Of a DNA stretch of 64,000 nt, positions 7,988 through 17,635 are shown in pieces. Origin of the DNA: Myxococcota bacterium (GTDB lineage Bacteria > Myxococcota_A > Polyangia > Polyangiales > Houyiibacteriaceae). The notes below the pieces were generated by a model that made no database searches, was not told the DNA's origin, and saw only the letters and a program-made list of their open reading frames with translations. Both the position numbers and the translations under genes were made by a program. Location of the stretch: positions 64,001 through 128,000 of the forward strand of contig JBCCEA010000001.1 of the NCBI GenBank assembly GCA_039030515.1. The letters are read 5' to 3'. The stretch's first letter is position 1; every line of letters begins with the position of its first letter.

Positions 7988-10927
7988 TTAGCTCGCGTCG
8001 TCGCCCATGAGTTCATCGAATGCTGCGTCCACATCATCCGCGGTTGGGTCTGGTGGAATCTCTGCATAAGAAGTCGACGGCGATTGGGTCAAGTTACGGA
8101 TTCGCTCACCGACACCCCGAAAGTCTGGGTGACGCTTCTGAACTTTTTGATAGTAATAAAGAGCTTCCTTCGCATCGTGAAGCAGCTCATACGCATGTCC
8201 AATCTCAAAGTAGAGTCCCAATTCTTCATGTTCGTTGCGCTCTTTGGCGTTGAGACCTCTCTTGAAACGGCTTATCGCTTCGGCAAACTGACTCTTCTCG
8301 ATAAGGCAAAGCCCGATCATGGTGTGTGCAGTGCACTCGCGCTTCGGACTAGACATCGCGAGTTCGAACTCCTGAATCGCATCGTCTAAGAGCTCCATCT
8401 CTTTGTAGGCTATGCCTAAGTCGAAGTGCGTATCGCTGTCGTCGGCACTGACCTGTTGCTCGATGCCTTCTTTGAATTGGGCGAATACTTGTTCGACGTC
8501 GAGTACATCGCTTCCGGGGTTGGTTGCGTCTTCCGCATGTCCGAGTTCCTCGGCCAGTTTTTCTGCGAGTTCAAATGACTGATCCGGATACTGAGATGGT
8601 CTAATGGAAACTTGAGCTGCTGCCGCCGCCGCCATCTCTTCGATCTCCTTGGCCTTGTCGAGCAAAAGAGGATGGTTCGGATGCGAATTGAGCATGTCTT
8701 GGAGCGTGAACCTTGCTTCGTCGAAGATTCCCTGGGCCAAGAAAAAGTCCACCTCGTCCAGGGTTTCCTCGATCTCGCCCGGAGGCATGGAAAGACGTTT
8801 TTGAGCCTCTGCCTTGGCGAGGCGAAGATCCGCCTCTGTGGTGTCCGTTTCGTTAAACTCACGAGGGGATATGGGCGCTTCGAGAGCTGGATCTCCCTGG
8901 ATCGATTTCGGGATCTCTCTTGCAATGAACGGCGCGGCAGGTGGGTGCGCGACTTCGAAAGGGGTTGTCGCTCCGGGTAACTCCTGAGAAGAGTCTGGGG
9001 GAGCAAACCTCTCATTTGCTTCTTTGTCTCCAGGAATCGAAAACGGATACCCCTTTGCTTCGAACGGACCTGAGCTGTTTCGTTGTTCCCATGGGGCAGG
9101 TAGGGTGCCGGCCTCCGGTGGTGACGCGCTTCCCGCTGGTCCACGATGGCGCGGTAGGTCTCGCGTCGGGACCATCAAATCCGCGGGGGGCGGGACGATC
9201 GACTCATACTCGACCGCTTCCTCTAGCCTTACGTCGCTCGCCGTAAGATCGATGAGATCCGACTCGTCGTCGACGAAGAGCACCTCCTCGTCCTCTTCAA
9301 AAGTCGCTCGATCTAAAGGAGCTGTGTCTTGGTAGTGCTCTTGCGGATTCAAGGCTGCCGGTGCTGCCCTCGGGTCCTCGGGATCGAGCGCCTGAATCTG
9401 CGCTCGGTAGCCTTCAGCGGCCTCCGGTAGTGCGACCTCGGTTAGCGAAATGAGTTGCCCCAACTCTTGGAGGGCCTCCTGCAGCAGTCCTTCTTCCGCA
9501 TAGGTGTTCGCCAAGATTTCCCGCGCCTGCCTATGGCTGGGGTCCAATTGGATGACGAGGCTCAGTTGCTCGATGACCTTGCTGCGCAGTCCGTAGCGCT
9601 GGAATACCTCGCATTCGGTGAGCAGTCGCGCGATCTGCGCCTCCTGGGCGACGTCTGGAGGTATCGAGGTGAGACGGACATGTCCTTGAGCGCCTTGATC
9701 TTCGCCCTCAAATTCCTCGATCAGTTCGTCGTCGTCCAGCAGCATCATGCCGCTTTCGCTTTCTTTGGCCTTCCGTTCGAGACTCTGGGGAGCCAGTGGT
9801 TCAGGACGGGGATGGTTCGGTGGCGTGACCGGCGGTCGCTTGAGTGGCTCTGTGGCTTCCCGCTGCTGCGTAGACTGCAATGGAGTGGGCCTTGGCGGTT
9901 TCACCGTCACGCGGCGCCGCACTGACGGTTCCAAATCCCAGTCGTCGACTTCTTCGGCAGGCACGGCTCCCGAGGGCTCGACCACCGCGGAAGGGGGAGG
10001 AGTGATCGCAGCCGGAGGACGACTTCTCGGAGCATAGCCCGCTAGGGCTTGGCGGGCTTCCGCATCGCCTGGGTCCAACTCCAAAATCGCCTTGAGAATC
10101 CGCGCCCGCTCTTCCGGTTTGTTCGTCTCGTGTAGAATTCGGACGATCTCCCGATACACACTGATGGTTTTGGGTATTTGTTCCAGCATGTGGAACGCCC
10201 GTGCCAGCAGTTCTAGCGTGCCGATATCGCGCGGATTGGCCTTGAAGCAAAGCTGCAGTTTGGCAAGGGCCCGTTTCGCATCGTTTCGGTCGAGGTAGAG
10301 CCGCGCCAATGCGATCGCGGTCTCCAGATCGTCCTGGCGATGGTAGAGCAGTCGCTCGGCTACCTTGATGTAGTCGTCGATGCGACCCTGGCTCCTTAGC
10401 AGGTGCGCTCCAGTCTCAAATTCCTGAGCTGCCTCCTTGGTTTTTCCCGCTTTAGAGAGCGCCTCGGCAAGTTTGATTCGGATCGGGATGTTCTCCGGAT
10501 CCAGGTCGCACATGCGGGCGAGGGTTTCGAGAGCCTGCTCCACATCTCCGTTTCGGGCGTACGCTCCGGCAACCTGCTCGTACGTGCTCAAGGCATCGCT
10601 CACGAGTTCAAGCTGTTCATACATATCGGCGAGCCGGAGAGAGATATCGAGTCGTGCTGAATCGAGTTTGAGAATTTGCTTGTAGACTGCCACGGCCTTC
10701 AGAAAAAAACCCTGGCCTGCATAGTGCTCTGCTACTCGAGCATAGGTCTCGATGGCTTCCGGTCGTGCGCCCCTGCGGGTGTGTAGATCGCCGATTTTGA
10801 GCCACGTGCGAACGTCGCTTGGATCGTCCTTGACGAGCTTTTGATACTCCAGGATCGCCTTGTCGTAGTTCCCCTTCGAGATTTGCTTCTGAGCGGAGGC
10901 GAGTATTCTAGAGCGATCGACTGCCAC
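7988..10927 (-). CDS. sgmX: Large TPR protein, SgmX-like type IV pilus activator/polarity protein
   Basis: N-terminal TPRs with KGNYDKAILEYQK...GFFLKAVAVYKQILK and C-terminal TPRs with THFDLGIAYKEM, as recalled for myxobacterial SgmX; lies downstream of accBC and an MglC-like gene. Confidence 0.75.
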   Translation of the reverse strand: MAVDRSRILASAQKQISKGNYDKAILEYQKLVKDDPSDVRTWLKIGDLHTRRGARPEAIETYARVAEHYAGQGFFLKAVAVYKQILKLDSARLDISLRLADMYEQLELVSDALSTYEQVAGAYARNGDVEQALETLARMCDLDPENIPIRIKLAEALSKAGKTKEAAQEFETGAHLLRSQGRIDDYIKVAERLLYHRQDDLETAIALARLYLDRNDAKRALAKLQLCFKANPRDIGTLELLARAFHMLEQIPKTISVYREIVRILHETNKPEERARILKAILELDPGDAEARQALAGYAPRSRPPAAITPPPSAVVEPSGAVPAEEVDDWDLEPSVRRRVTVKPPRPTPLQSTQQREATEPLKRPPVTPPNHPRPEPLAPQSLERKAKESESGMMLLDDDELIEEFEGEDQGAQGHVRLTSIPPDVAQEAQIARLLTECEVFQRYGLRSKVIEQLSLVIQLDPSHRQAREILANTYAEEGLLQEALQELGQLISLTEVALPEAAEGYRAQIQALDPEDPRAAPAALNPQEHYQDTAPLDRATFEEDEEVLFVDDESDLIDLTASDVRLEEAVEYESIVPPPADLMVPTRDLPRHRGPAGSASPPEAGTLPAPWEQRNSSGPFEAKGYPFSIPGDKEANERFAPPDSSQELPGATTPFEVAHPPAAPFIAREIPKSIQGDPALEAPISPREFNETDTTEADLRLAKAEAQKRLSMPPGEIEETLDEVDFFLAQGIFDEARFTLQDMLNSHPNHPLLLDKAKEIEEMAAAAAAQVSIRPSQYPDQSFELAEKLAEELGHAEDATNPGSDVLDVEQVFAQFKEGIEQQVSADDSDTHFDLGIAYKEMELLDDAIQEFELAMSSPKRECTAHTMIGLCLIEKSQFAEAISRFKRGLNAKERNEHEELGLYFEIGHAYELLHDAKEALYYYQKVQKRHPDFRGVGERIRNLTQSPSTSYAEIPPDPTADDVDAAFDELMGDDAS

Positions 10928-11062
10928 TTCAACCTACGTGTGTCGCCTCGAGGCTGGCGAACTTGTCGACGACGGGCTTAAGATCGAATGACGACCATAC
11001 CGTGCTTCTTTTCAAGCGATTACGCTGCTCCATGTCGATATGCTGCGCTTGCTTCAAGCCTA

Positions 11063-12409
11063 TCATCTGTTGTTGGGTTCCATCCTGAGTCGTTCGAGGA
11101 ACCGTGTTGAAACAGTTCCCTCTAAGAAAGCTTTCGATGACAGGATACGCTGATGTAGGGGAATATTTGTATGAATTCCCGTCACGATCGTTTCTGAGAG
11201 TGCCCTTTTCATTCGGTCGATGGCCTGTGGGCGATCTCGGCCAAAGCTGATCACCTTGGCAACGAGGGAGTCGTAGTCGCTAGGTACGCGGTATCCTCCG
11301 TAGATCCCGTCGTCCACGCGTATTCCGGGTCCCCCTGGCGGATGGTACTCGGTGATTAGTCCTGGGGAGGGGGCATCGGTCTCCGGATTTTCAGCGTTAA
11401 TTCGGCATTCGATCGCAGCGCCTCGGATCGAAATTTCGTCCTGAGAGAGAGAGAGACCCCTTCCGGAGGCGACTCGGATCTGCTCCAGCACCAGATCGAC
11501 TCCGGTCACCAGTTCGGTGACCGGGTGTTCGACTTGAATGCGGGTATTCATCTCCATGAAGGTGAGATTGCCGCGTTCATCCATGAGGAATTCCACGGTG
11601 CCCGCGGAGACGTAGTCGCTTTCCTTCATGGCTCGACGTAGTGTCGCAGATAGGTCTTGGCGGAGTTCATCACTTACGGCGCCACTGGGGGCCTCTTCGA
11701 GAAGTTTTTGGTGACGTCGCTGAATAGAACATTCCCGCTCTCCGAGGACGAGTGCTTGGTGATGGTCTACGAGCACTTGGAACTCGATATGCTTCGGCTC
11801 TTCGATGAAACGCTCGCAGTAGAGATCGCCTATTGAAAATGCAGCGATCGCTTCTGCCTGTGCCTTTTGGAACGTACGCCTCATCTCACTTGCAGAACGA
11901 ACGATGCTCATCCCGCGTCCACCACCACCGCCCGAAGCCTTGAGCATCACCGGAAATCCAACGGCCTGTGCCTGCTGCACTGCGTCTTCCGTACCTTGAA
12001 GCACATTGGAGCCACGCATCAAGGGCAGTCCAAGGCGTTTTGCCAGGGCGCGTGCCTGCACCTTATCTCCCCACTGCCGCATGTTTTCAGGAGTGGGACC
12101 GATGAACGTGAGTCCGCAAGCAAGGCACACGTCGGCAAAGTCAGGATTCTCAGAAAGAAAACCGTAACCTGGGTGAACTGCGTCGGCACCGGTGATCTCT
12201 GCAGCAGCCATGAGCGCGGGGATATTCAGGTAGCTCTGATGTGCCGGACCGGGGCCGATGCAGACTGCCTCGTCGGCAAGGCGAACATGCATGGCCTGGG
12301 CATCCGGTACGCTATGGACTGCAACGGTCTCCAGCTCTAACTCTCGACAGGCACGCAGGATACGGAGGGCAATTTCCCCCCGATTTGCGATGAGCACCTT
12401 ACGGAACAT
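11063..12409 (-). CDS. accC: Acetyl-CoA carboxylase biotin carboxylase subunit
   Basis: KVLIANRGEIA, HPGYGFLSEN, GGGGRGM, RECSIQRRHQK, EMNTRIQVEHPVTE. Confidence 0.97.
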   Translation of the reverse strand: MFRKVLIANRGEIALRILRACRELELETVAVHSVPDAQAMHVRLADEAVCIGPGPAHQSYLNIPALMAAAEITGADAVHPGYGFLSENPDFADVCLACGLTFIGPTPENMRQWGDKVQARALAKRLGLPLMRGSNVLQGTEDAVQQAQAVGFPVMLKASGGGGGRGMSIVRSASEMRRTFQKAQAEAIAAFSIGDLYCERFIEEPKHIEFQVLVDHHQALVLGERECSIQRRHQKLLEEAPSGAVSDELRQDLSATLRRAMKESDYVSAGTVEFLMDERGNLTFMEMNTRIQVEHPVTELVTGVDLVLEQIRVASGRGLSLSQDEISIRGAAIECRINAENPETDAPSPGLITEYHPPGGPGIRVDDGIYGGYRVPSDYDSLVAKVISFGRDRPQAIDRMKRALSETIVTGIHTNIPLHQRILSSKAFLEGTVSTRFLERLRMEPNNR

Positions 12410-12415
12410 AACGAA

Positions 12416-12859
12416 TCAACCCTGGGGTTTCATTCGAAAGAGCACGTCACCGAACTCGACGGGCTTTCCGTTTTCGACGAGGATCTCCTCGACAATTCCG
12501 GACACCTCAGACTCGATTTCGTTCATCAGCTTCATCGCTTCCACGATGCACAGGATCTGGCCGGACGAGACCTGAGCTCCAAGCTGAACGTAGGGTGGCG
12601 ATCCCGGAGAGGGTGCGCGATAAAAAGTTCCCACAAAGGGTGAGGTCACGTCGATAAGATCCGCTCCAGCGGGCGAACCCATCGGTTCCGCTGCGACGGG
12701 CAGTTGCGATTGAGTCGCTGCAGAAGTCGAAAAAGGTGCAGTTAGGCTGTTTCGACGTAGCAAGATGCGTTCATCGCCGCTCTCGATTTCCACTTCAGCG
12801 ATGTCGTGATCTTCGATGGCGCGCATCAGCGCACGGAGCTGATCGAGATCGATCTGCAT
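12416..12859 (-). CDS. accB: Biotin carboxyl carrier protein
   Basis: [11 protein letters not shown] and the EAMKLMNEI biotinylation motif; AGGAG precedes the ATG at 12859. Confidence 0.97.
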   Translation of the reverse strand: MQIDLDQLRALMRAIEDHDIAEVEIESGDERILLRRNSLTAPFSTSAATQSQLPVAAEPMGSPAGADLIDVTSPFVGTFYRAPSPGSPPYVQLGAQVSSGQILCIVEAMKLMNEIESEVSGIVEEILVENGKPVEFGDVLFRMKPQG

Positions 12860-12896
12860 GGAGTACTCCTCAATGTCCGTGGGTGACGTCCGTCGT

Positions 12897-13415
12897 TCAA
12901 CCAGCCTCAAAACGAGGTCGTTTCAGGTGTACGATGAGCGCCTGTAAGCCGAGGTAATAGCTTTCACGTCCGAAACCGGCAATCGAACCGAGACAGACCG
13001 CGGCGGTATAGGAGCGGTTTCGAAACGACTCTCGGCCATCGATATTGGAGAGATGAACTTCGACGCAGGGAATCGCGATCGCCTTGATCGCATCTCGCAG
13101 TGCGATCGAGCTATGCGTCAGGGCTGCAGGATTGATGACAACGCCCGCGGCGGTCTCTCGAGCTTCATGCAGCCAGTCGACGATCACTCCCTCGTGATTT
13201 GATTGCCGACACTCGACATCGCAACCCATGTCGGCACCGTAGCGGCGAAGGTCTGTGTCCAGCTCCTCAAGCGACCCGTCGCCGTAGATCTCCGGTTCTC
13301 GTGTCCCAAGCAGGTTCAGGTTGGGGCCGTGAAGTATGAAAACCGTAAGCGATGGCCTCGACCCGTCGATCGCTTCGTCGGTAGCGCGACCTACACTCAG
13401 CGTTTTGCCACTCAC
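12897..13415 (-). CDS. aroQ: Type II 3-dehydroquinate dehydratase
   Basis: [38 protein letters not shown]. Confidence 0.97.
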   Translation of the reverse strand: MSGKTLSVGRATDEAIDGSRPSLTVFILHGPNLNLLGTREPEIYGDGSLEELDTDLRRYGADMGCDVECRQSNHEGVIVDWLHEARETAAGVVINPAALTHSSIALRDAIKAIAIPCVEVHLSNIDGRESFRNRSYTAAVCLGSIAGFGRESYYLGLQALIVHLKRPRFEAG

Positions 13416-13503
13416 GCTTCAGCCCTACACGCCGCGCACCTTGCGTGCCACCTCGGAGGCCAGAAATCGCGAGCCTTTCTTCCGGCCAGTCCCTCCGTCG
13501 TGT

Positions 13504-13866
13504 CTAGACCAGCGCTTCGGAAAGCCGGCTGCTCTGACGACGTAGCAGATAGCGTGCCTTGCCGAAGTTGCCGGTCGGGTGGAGGGTGAGCGCTACGAAA
13601 TGCTCCTCGGTAAGCACGCGGATGATCGTGGTAAGCCGCTCGGCCCGAATAGCGATCTCGCTTGCCCCGCCGACTTCCAACATTTCTGCAGCGCTGCGAA
13701 CTTGGTTCAAAACCACACTGAACTCGGCCCCTACCGCTTCCACGTCTGGCGTTTGCTCCGATCCGCGCACGTAGTGTTCGAGAGGGATACCGTCGCTGTC
13801 CATGATGACGCTTGCAATGCTGCCTTCGGCTTGGTCGACGACCTCTTTTAAAATCTCCTTGAACAT
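13504..13866 (-). CDS. mglC: Roadblock/LC7 protein, MglC-like
   Basis: 120 aa with IMDSDGIP and GNFGKARYLLR; context with accBC and the SgmX-like gene. Confidence 0.75.
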   Translation of the reverse strand: MFKEILKEVVDQAEGSIASVIMDSDGIPLEHYVRGSEQTPDVEAVGAEFSVVLNQVRSAAEMLEVGGASEIAIRAERLTTIIRVLTEEHFVALTLHPTGNFGKARYLLRRQSSRLSEALV

Positions 13867-13925
13867 GGACTTCCTCCGCCATCCGCGCGTTTGTCACAGA
13901 TGACGACATGTAATCCAATGACAAG

Positions 13926-14975
13926 TCAAGTAGTTCTACTTTGGATCGCCTCGGTGATCGTTTCCCGCCACGCGGAGACGAACCGTTTCATCGAAAAATC
14001 GATCCGCGCCCGCGCTCTTGCGGCTTGGCCCATGCGCGTCGCGAGCTCTCGGTCTGCGAGCAACCTGCGAGCCGCCAGGCGTAGTTCGTCGGCTGTGTCG
14101 CATACAAAGCCCTCCACGCCTTGGGTGATGGGGCAGCTTGGATGCGTTGCGGTGACGATGGGCATGCCCGTAGCCATCGCCTCCAGCATCGCAAGGTTGT
14201 AGCCGTCCTCTAAGGGTGCGGCCGCGGTGTGCACGTAGAAACGGTGCTTGCGATAGTACGCTTTGAGGGTTTGCCAGCATGATGCAGGTTCGACGCCCGC
14301 GAAATCTGGATTGACTCCGACCAGTCTGACGTTTGGCCGATCGCTGCCTGCGTTTGGCTCTTCGTTCGTTGCGGTTTGAAACGCTGCTTCGTGCAGTGGC
14401 CATCTCAAGTATTCGGTCTTGAGGGTGATATGGTTGGCGACCCGCAGCCCAAGGTCGAGTGCGCCGTCGTAACCGCAGTACTCCTCGCAATCGACCGCGC
14501 CCTGAATCACCTTTGCGCGGTCGAGAGCCCACGTGTTCTGCTTCATCGGAGAGATAACGACGGGTAGCGCCTGAACAGCTTTCAAATATTTGTCGACAAG
14601 AGTTCTGATTTCCGCGCCGCTTTCGCCTCTTTGCTCTTGTTTGAGTCGCCCCTGCAGCGAGCTGTGAAAGGTGAGTATTTTGGCTCCGGCCATGCCGCGG
14701 CAGGCGAGTAAGTCGGTAAGGTTGTGGGCGATGATGCAGTCGTACCGACGACCTCTCGCCTCCTGCATCGTGCAGAGCCGAACGTTTGCGGGCAGTGGCC
14801 GCATCCGCTCGTCCCAGTTTCGATGGTGGTGACCCGCCAGCTCAACGACGACATCCATGGGCATGCCCAGTCGAGCCAGATCAAAGCAGTAGGCTTCATG
14901 GGAGTTGAATGTCAAAAGACGGATCACAGCTTGAGCCTCGATTCTAATCGATTTGTGCCGGGCCTCTTGAACCAA
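13926..14975 (-). CDS. Glycosyltransferase, family 4 (GT-B)
   Basis: EDGYNLAMLEAMATGMPIV motif and C-terminal MGQAARARARIDFSM. Confidence 0.85.
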   Translation of the reverse strand: MVQEARHKSIRIEAQAVIRLLTFNSHEAYCFDLARLGMPMDVVVELAGHHHRNWDERMRPLPANVRLCTMQEARGRRYDCIIAHNLTDLLACRGMAGAKILTFHSSLQGRLKQEQRGESGAEIRTLVDKYLKAVQALPVVISPMKQNTWALDRAKVIQGAVDCEEYCGYDGALDLGLRVANHITLKTEYLRWPLHEAAFQTATNEEPNAGSDRPNVRLVGVNPDFAGVEPASCWQTLKAYYRKHRFYVHTAAAPLEDGYNLAMLEAMATGMPIVTATHPSCPITQGVEGFVCDTADELRLAARRLLADRELATRMGQAARARARIDFSMKRFVSAWRETITEAIQSRTT

Positions 14976-15018
14976 ACCTATCGACCCAGAGGTTCCCCTT
15001 GATTTCCACAGTGTCTAC

Positions 15019-15046
15019 TTGACAAGCACGCGGCGCAGATTACAAG
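15019..15046 (+). promoter_or_regulatory. Putative sigma70 promoter of the tRNA
   Basis: TTGACA, 16-nt spacer, TACAAG, 14 nt before the tRNA; the -10 is weak. Confidence 0.4.
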
Positions 15047-15060
15047 CGAGGTCCCCACCA

Positions 15061-15144
15061 GCGGAAGTGGCGGAATTGGCAGACGCGCTAGACTAAGGAT
15101 CTAGTGGGGTAATACCCGTGGAGGTTCGAGTCCTCTCTTCCGCA
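15061..15144 (+). tRNA. tRNA-Leu, anticodon AAG
   Basis: Acceptor GCGGAAG/CTTCCGC with discriminator A; D loop AATTGGCAGA; anticodon arm CTAGA-CTAAGGA-TCTAG; long variable arm; T arm GGAGG-TTCGAGT-CCTCT. CCA is not fully encoded. Confidence 0.95.
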
Positions 15145-15213
15145 CCCGTGCTGAAATCGGCTCGCTCCGAAAGCCGCCCTGGCAGACGTGAGCTAGGCGC
15201 CACCAAATGCGAG

Positions 15214-15672
15214 TTAGGCGCTACCGGGCAGCACGCTAAGGACGCGAGAGATTCGCCAAAGCACGGGTAGATTCCTCACCCCACCATACACCCGCAACTC
15301 GCCCCGCCACACAGCGCGTAGCGCATCGCGAGCGTTGGGTCCGAAGGGATTGGGAATGCCCCGGGTGAGAACTTCGATCTGACTGAGACGAACGATCATC
15401 TCGCTGCTCGTCCGAATCGTGATGTCGGGAATGCCGCAAATCCCGTGATGCACGACCAGGCGTCCGAGTTTGAACTGCAGGGTAACCGCAAGGTCCAAGT
15501 CTTCCGCTACGATGGCGACCCGGCCAAGCAACCGAGCGAAGACCGCTCGGCGCGCCGGATCATCCGCTAGGTTTTGACCGATGAGCTCGGCAAGCATAGA
15601 GACGAGACCGTTTTCGGTTCCCCCAGGGGCCATCTCAATTTCTTGAGAGCTGTCGGTTCGAGACGAAGTCAT
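15214..15672 (-). CDS. SCP2-like (sterol carrier fold) hypothetical protein
   Basis: VTLQFKLGRLVVHHG...PDITIRT...GELRVYG resembles the SCP2 fold; adjacent to a clearer SCP2 gene. Confidence 0.55.
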   Translation of the reverse strand: MTSSRTDSSQEIEMAPGGTENGLVSMLAELIGQNLADDPARRAVFARLLGRVAIVAEDLDLAVTLQFKLGRLVVHHGICGIPDITIRTSSEMIVRLSQIEVLTRGIPNPFGPNARDALRAVWRGELRVYGGVRNLPVLWRISRVLSVLPGSA

Positions 15673-15707
15673 CCGGTATTCTTGCCTTCAGCCCTCGACA
15701 CAACCAA

Positions 15708-16136
15708 CTACAAATACTCGGTGTCTACCTTTTTGGCACTTGCCACCAATGCTCGCGACGACTCCACAAACCGAATCATGGTAGGCAGGTGGCCTTTGGT
15801 CAGCCTCAGCTTTCCTTCCATCATCCCCTTGATGGGATCGAGCGAGCCCTCGATGACTTCCTTCCATCGATGGTAGCTGGCTTTGATCACAAAAGAGGTT
15901 GGGCTTTCGTCGATCGCTTGTTCTCCTTTGATCAATGTCGCGTTGCGGCAAACCCCCTCGTGGACATCGAGCACCATGGCCATCGGCTGCTCAATTCCCA
16001 AGGCGGCATCGGCTTCAACCACCATGGCGACCGCTCCGAACGTCCACGGCTTGCCGTGGGTGCGGTAGGCTTCATTTTGGTTCACCGCATCTTTGAACGC
16101 GGCGGTCCATCCTTCAGAAGGAAAACGATGACTCAT
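15708..16136 (-). CDS. SCP2 sterol/lipid-binding domain protein
   Basis: FPSEGWTAAFKDAVN...WKEVIEGSLDPIKGMMEGKLRLTKG. Confidence 0.85.
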   Translation of the reverse strand: MSHRFPSEGWTAAFKDAVNQNEAYRTHGKPWTFGAVAMVVEADAALGIEQPMAMVLDVHEGVCRNATLIKGEQAIDESPTSFVIKASYHRWKEVIEGSLDPIKGMMEGKLRLTKGHLPTMIRFVESSRALVASAKKVDTEYL

Positions 16137-16255
16137 AACGGCTCGGTGTAGCAGGGCTGGTCTGCACGTCCATGTCGGTTGGCGCTTCTCTAAAAGCCCC
16201 AAGAAATCAGAGCTGGCGTTCCAGCAATCGATTCTCAGGGCTCAAGACGTCTATC

Positions 16256-17635
16256 CTAGAGGGCAGCGATGCGGACAGGAGGAAGTCCTGTCGAGCTGGC
16301 TACCGTTACGGCATCGAGCTCCTGCAGGGTGGTCTCTCCGTCGGTGCTGACGACAAATCGATGGATCTCATCCGCGCCCGAGTTGGGCACCAGTAACAAT
16401 CCTGAGGAAGTTCCATAGGCGCCCTGACCGAGTACGAAGGAGCCGTCCGCTACGATCAATACCTCTTGGCTTCCGGTTTCAAGCTCTGTGAGCACCAGAC
16501 GATCGGTGACGTCGTCGCCATTGCCCAGCGCCACACCGACTGCAAGACCGTCACCAAGGGAGGTAACCGTCCAAGTCGCAAGGAGGGACGATGTGTCGTC
16601 CGCGTTTTCAAAGCGGGCTACTTCCTCGAGTTCGCCAGAGCCGTTCAAACGAAGTTGAACTAGACCCGAGGTTGCCCGTACCCCTTCTTCGTCGAAGAAG
16701 GATACGTTGGAATATCCCTTACAGGCGACGAGGACTTCTCTTTCGGTTCCGGGTACGCGGGTCACTTGACCACAGTTGGCAAGGCCTCCCAGCGGAACAC
16801 CGGTGACGGTCTCACTGTTCAGGTCGACCACCGCGGTTATGCCGTCGCCGTGTCCTCGAGGGCCGGAGAAGTCGCTCGACAATCGGTCGAGGCCTACGAT
16901 GAGGTAGTCCCCGATCCGAACGATCCGGCTCGGGCGGCTGACCACTGACACATCAACCTCAGTCCGCTCGCCCCCCTCGCTTTGCTCTAGTCCGGTGACC
17001 ACCTCGTTGAAGTCGCTGAGATCGACCCGATCGCCGTTGAGCGTCATCGTGGTCGGATCGAATCCGAGTAGGTCCGTACCCTGGTCGATTTCCGGTGCAT
17101 CCGGATCAAGGCTGCCGGAGTAGCGTGACGCAAACGCGCTCGTATCGCTGACAATGACGTAGTCATGAGGGTTCGATCTGAACCCCACCTTACCGTCTGG
17201 GTTTCCGCTCAAGCGAACCTGGCCGACGAGGTCTCCCTCGGGCTGGCAGAAGAGACTGACCGCGTCGGTACCGAATCGGTCGATCACGCCAAAGGTTCCC
17301 GCGTATTGCGCAGAGGGAAAAACCACGTCTCCCGAGAGCGCAGCCACCAAGCCGGGGCGGGTAACGCCCGAGTTGTGCCAGCTCTCGGCGAGGACCTCTG
17401 CCTCTGCTCCCAGAAGAGAGACGGCGGTGCTCGAGAAGTCCGTCGAGATCACGGCAAAGCTCGGGATTTCGGACAAACTAGAGAGTCCCGACTCTCCGCT
17501 AGGGCAAAGCCCGCTTTGCACGTTGGGATCTTCTAAAGAGGTGCCGTTCGAGTCGTCGTCGCAGCCGACGGTTAAAGAAGTTAGTGAAAATGCAATAAGA
17601 AAGCGGCCGAGGTTTTCGGCAATCCGAGTGTTCAT
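16256..17635 (-). CDS. Acidic lipoprotein, probable beta-propeller, partner of the TonB receptor
   Basis: Lipobox LTVG-C followed by DDDS; repeated beta-strand motifs; TAATG overlap with the receptor stop. Confidence 0.75.
   Translation of the reverse strand: MNTRIAENLGRFLIAFSLTSLTVGCDDDSNGTSLEDPNVQSGLCPSGESGLSSLSEIPSFAVISTDFSSTAVSLLGAEAEVLAESWHNSGVTRPGLVAALSGDVVFPSAQYAGTFGVIDRFGTDAVSLFCQPEGDLVGQVRLSGNPDGKVGFRSNPHDYVIVSDTSAFASRYSGSLDPDAPEIDQGTDLLGFDPTTMTLNGDRVDLSDFNEVVTGLEQSEGGERTEVDVSVVSRPSRIVRIGDYLIVGLDRLSSDFSGPRGHGDGITAVVDLNSETVTGVPLGGLANCGQVTRVPGTEREVLVACKGYSNVSFFDEEGVRATSGLVQLRLNGSGELEEVARFENADDTSSLLATWTVTSLGDGLAVGVALGNGDDVTDRLVLTELETGSQEVLIVADGSFVLGQGAYGTSSGLLLVPNSGADEIHRFVVSTDGETTLQELDAVTVASSTGLPPVRIAAL

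Noticed and set aside
11443..11456. (GA)7 microsatellite in accC as a phase-variation site
   Set aside because: It lies in frame within an intact, likely essential gene and encodes LSLS.
15094..15096. Reading the tRNA anticodon as TAA
   Set aside because: That register would put C at position 33 and place the anticodon off-centre in the 7-nt loop. AAG with U33 and G37 fits.
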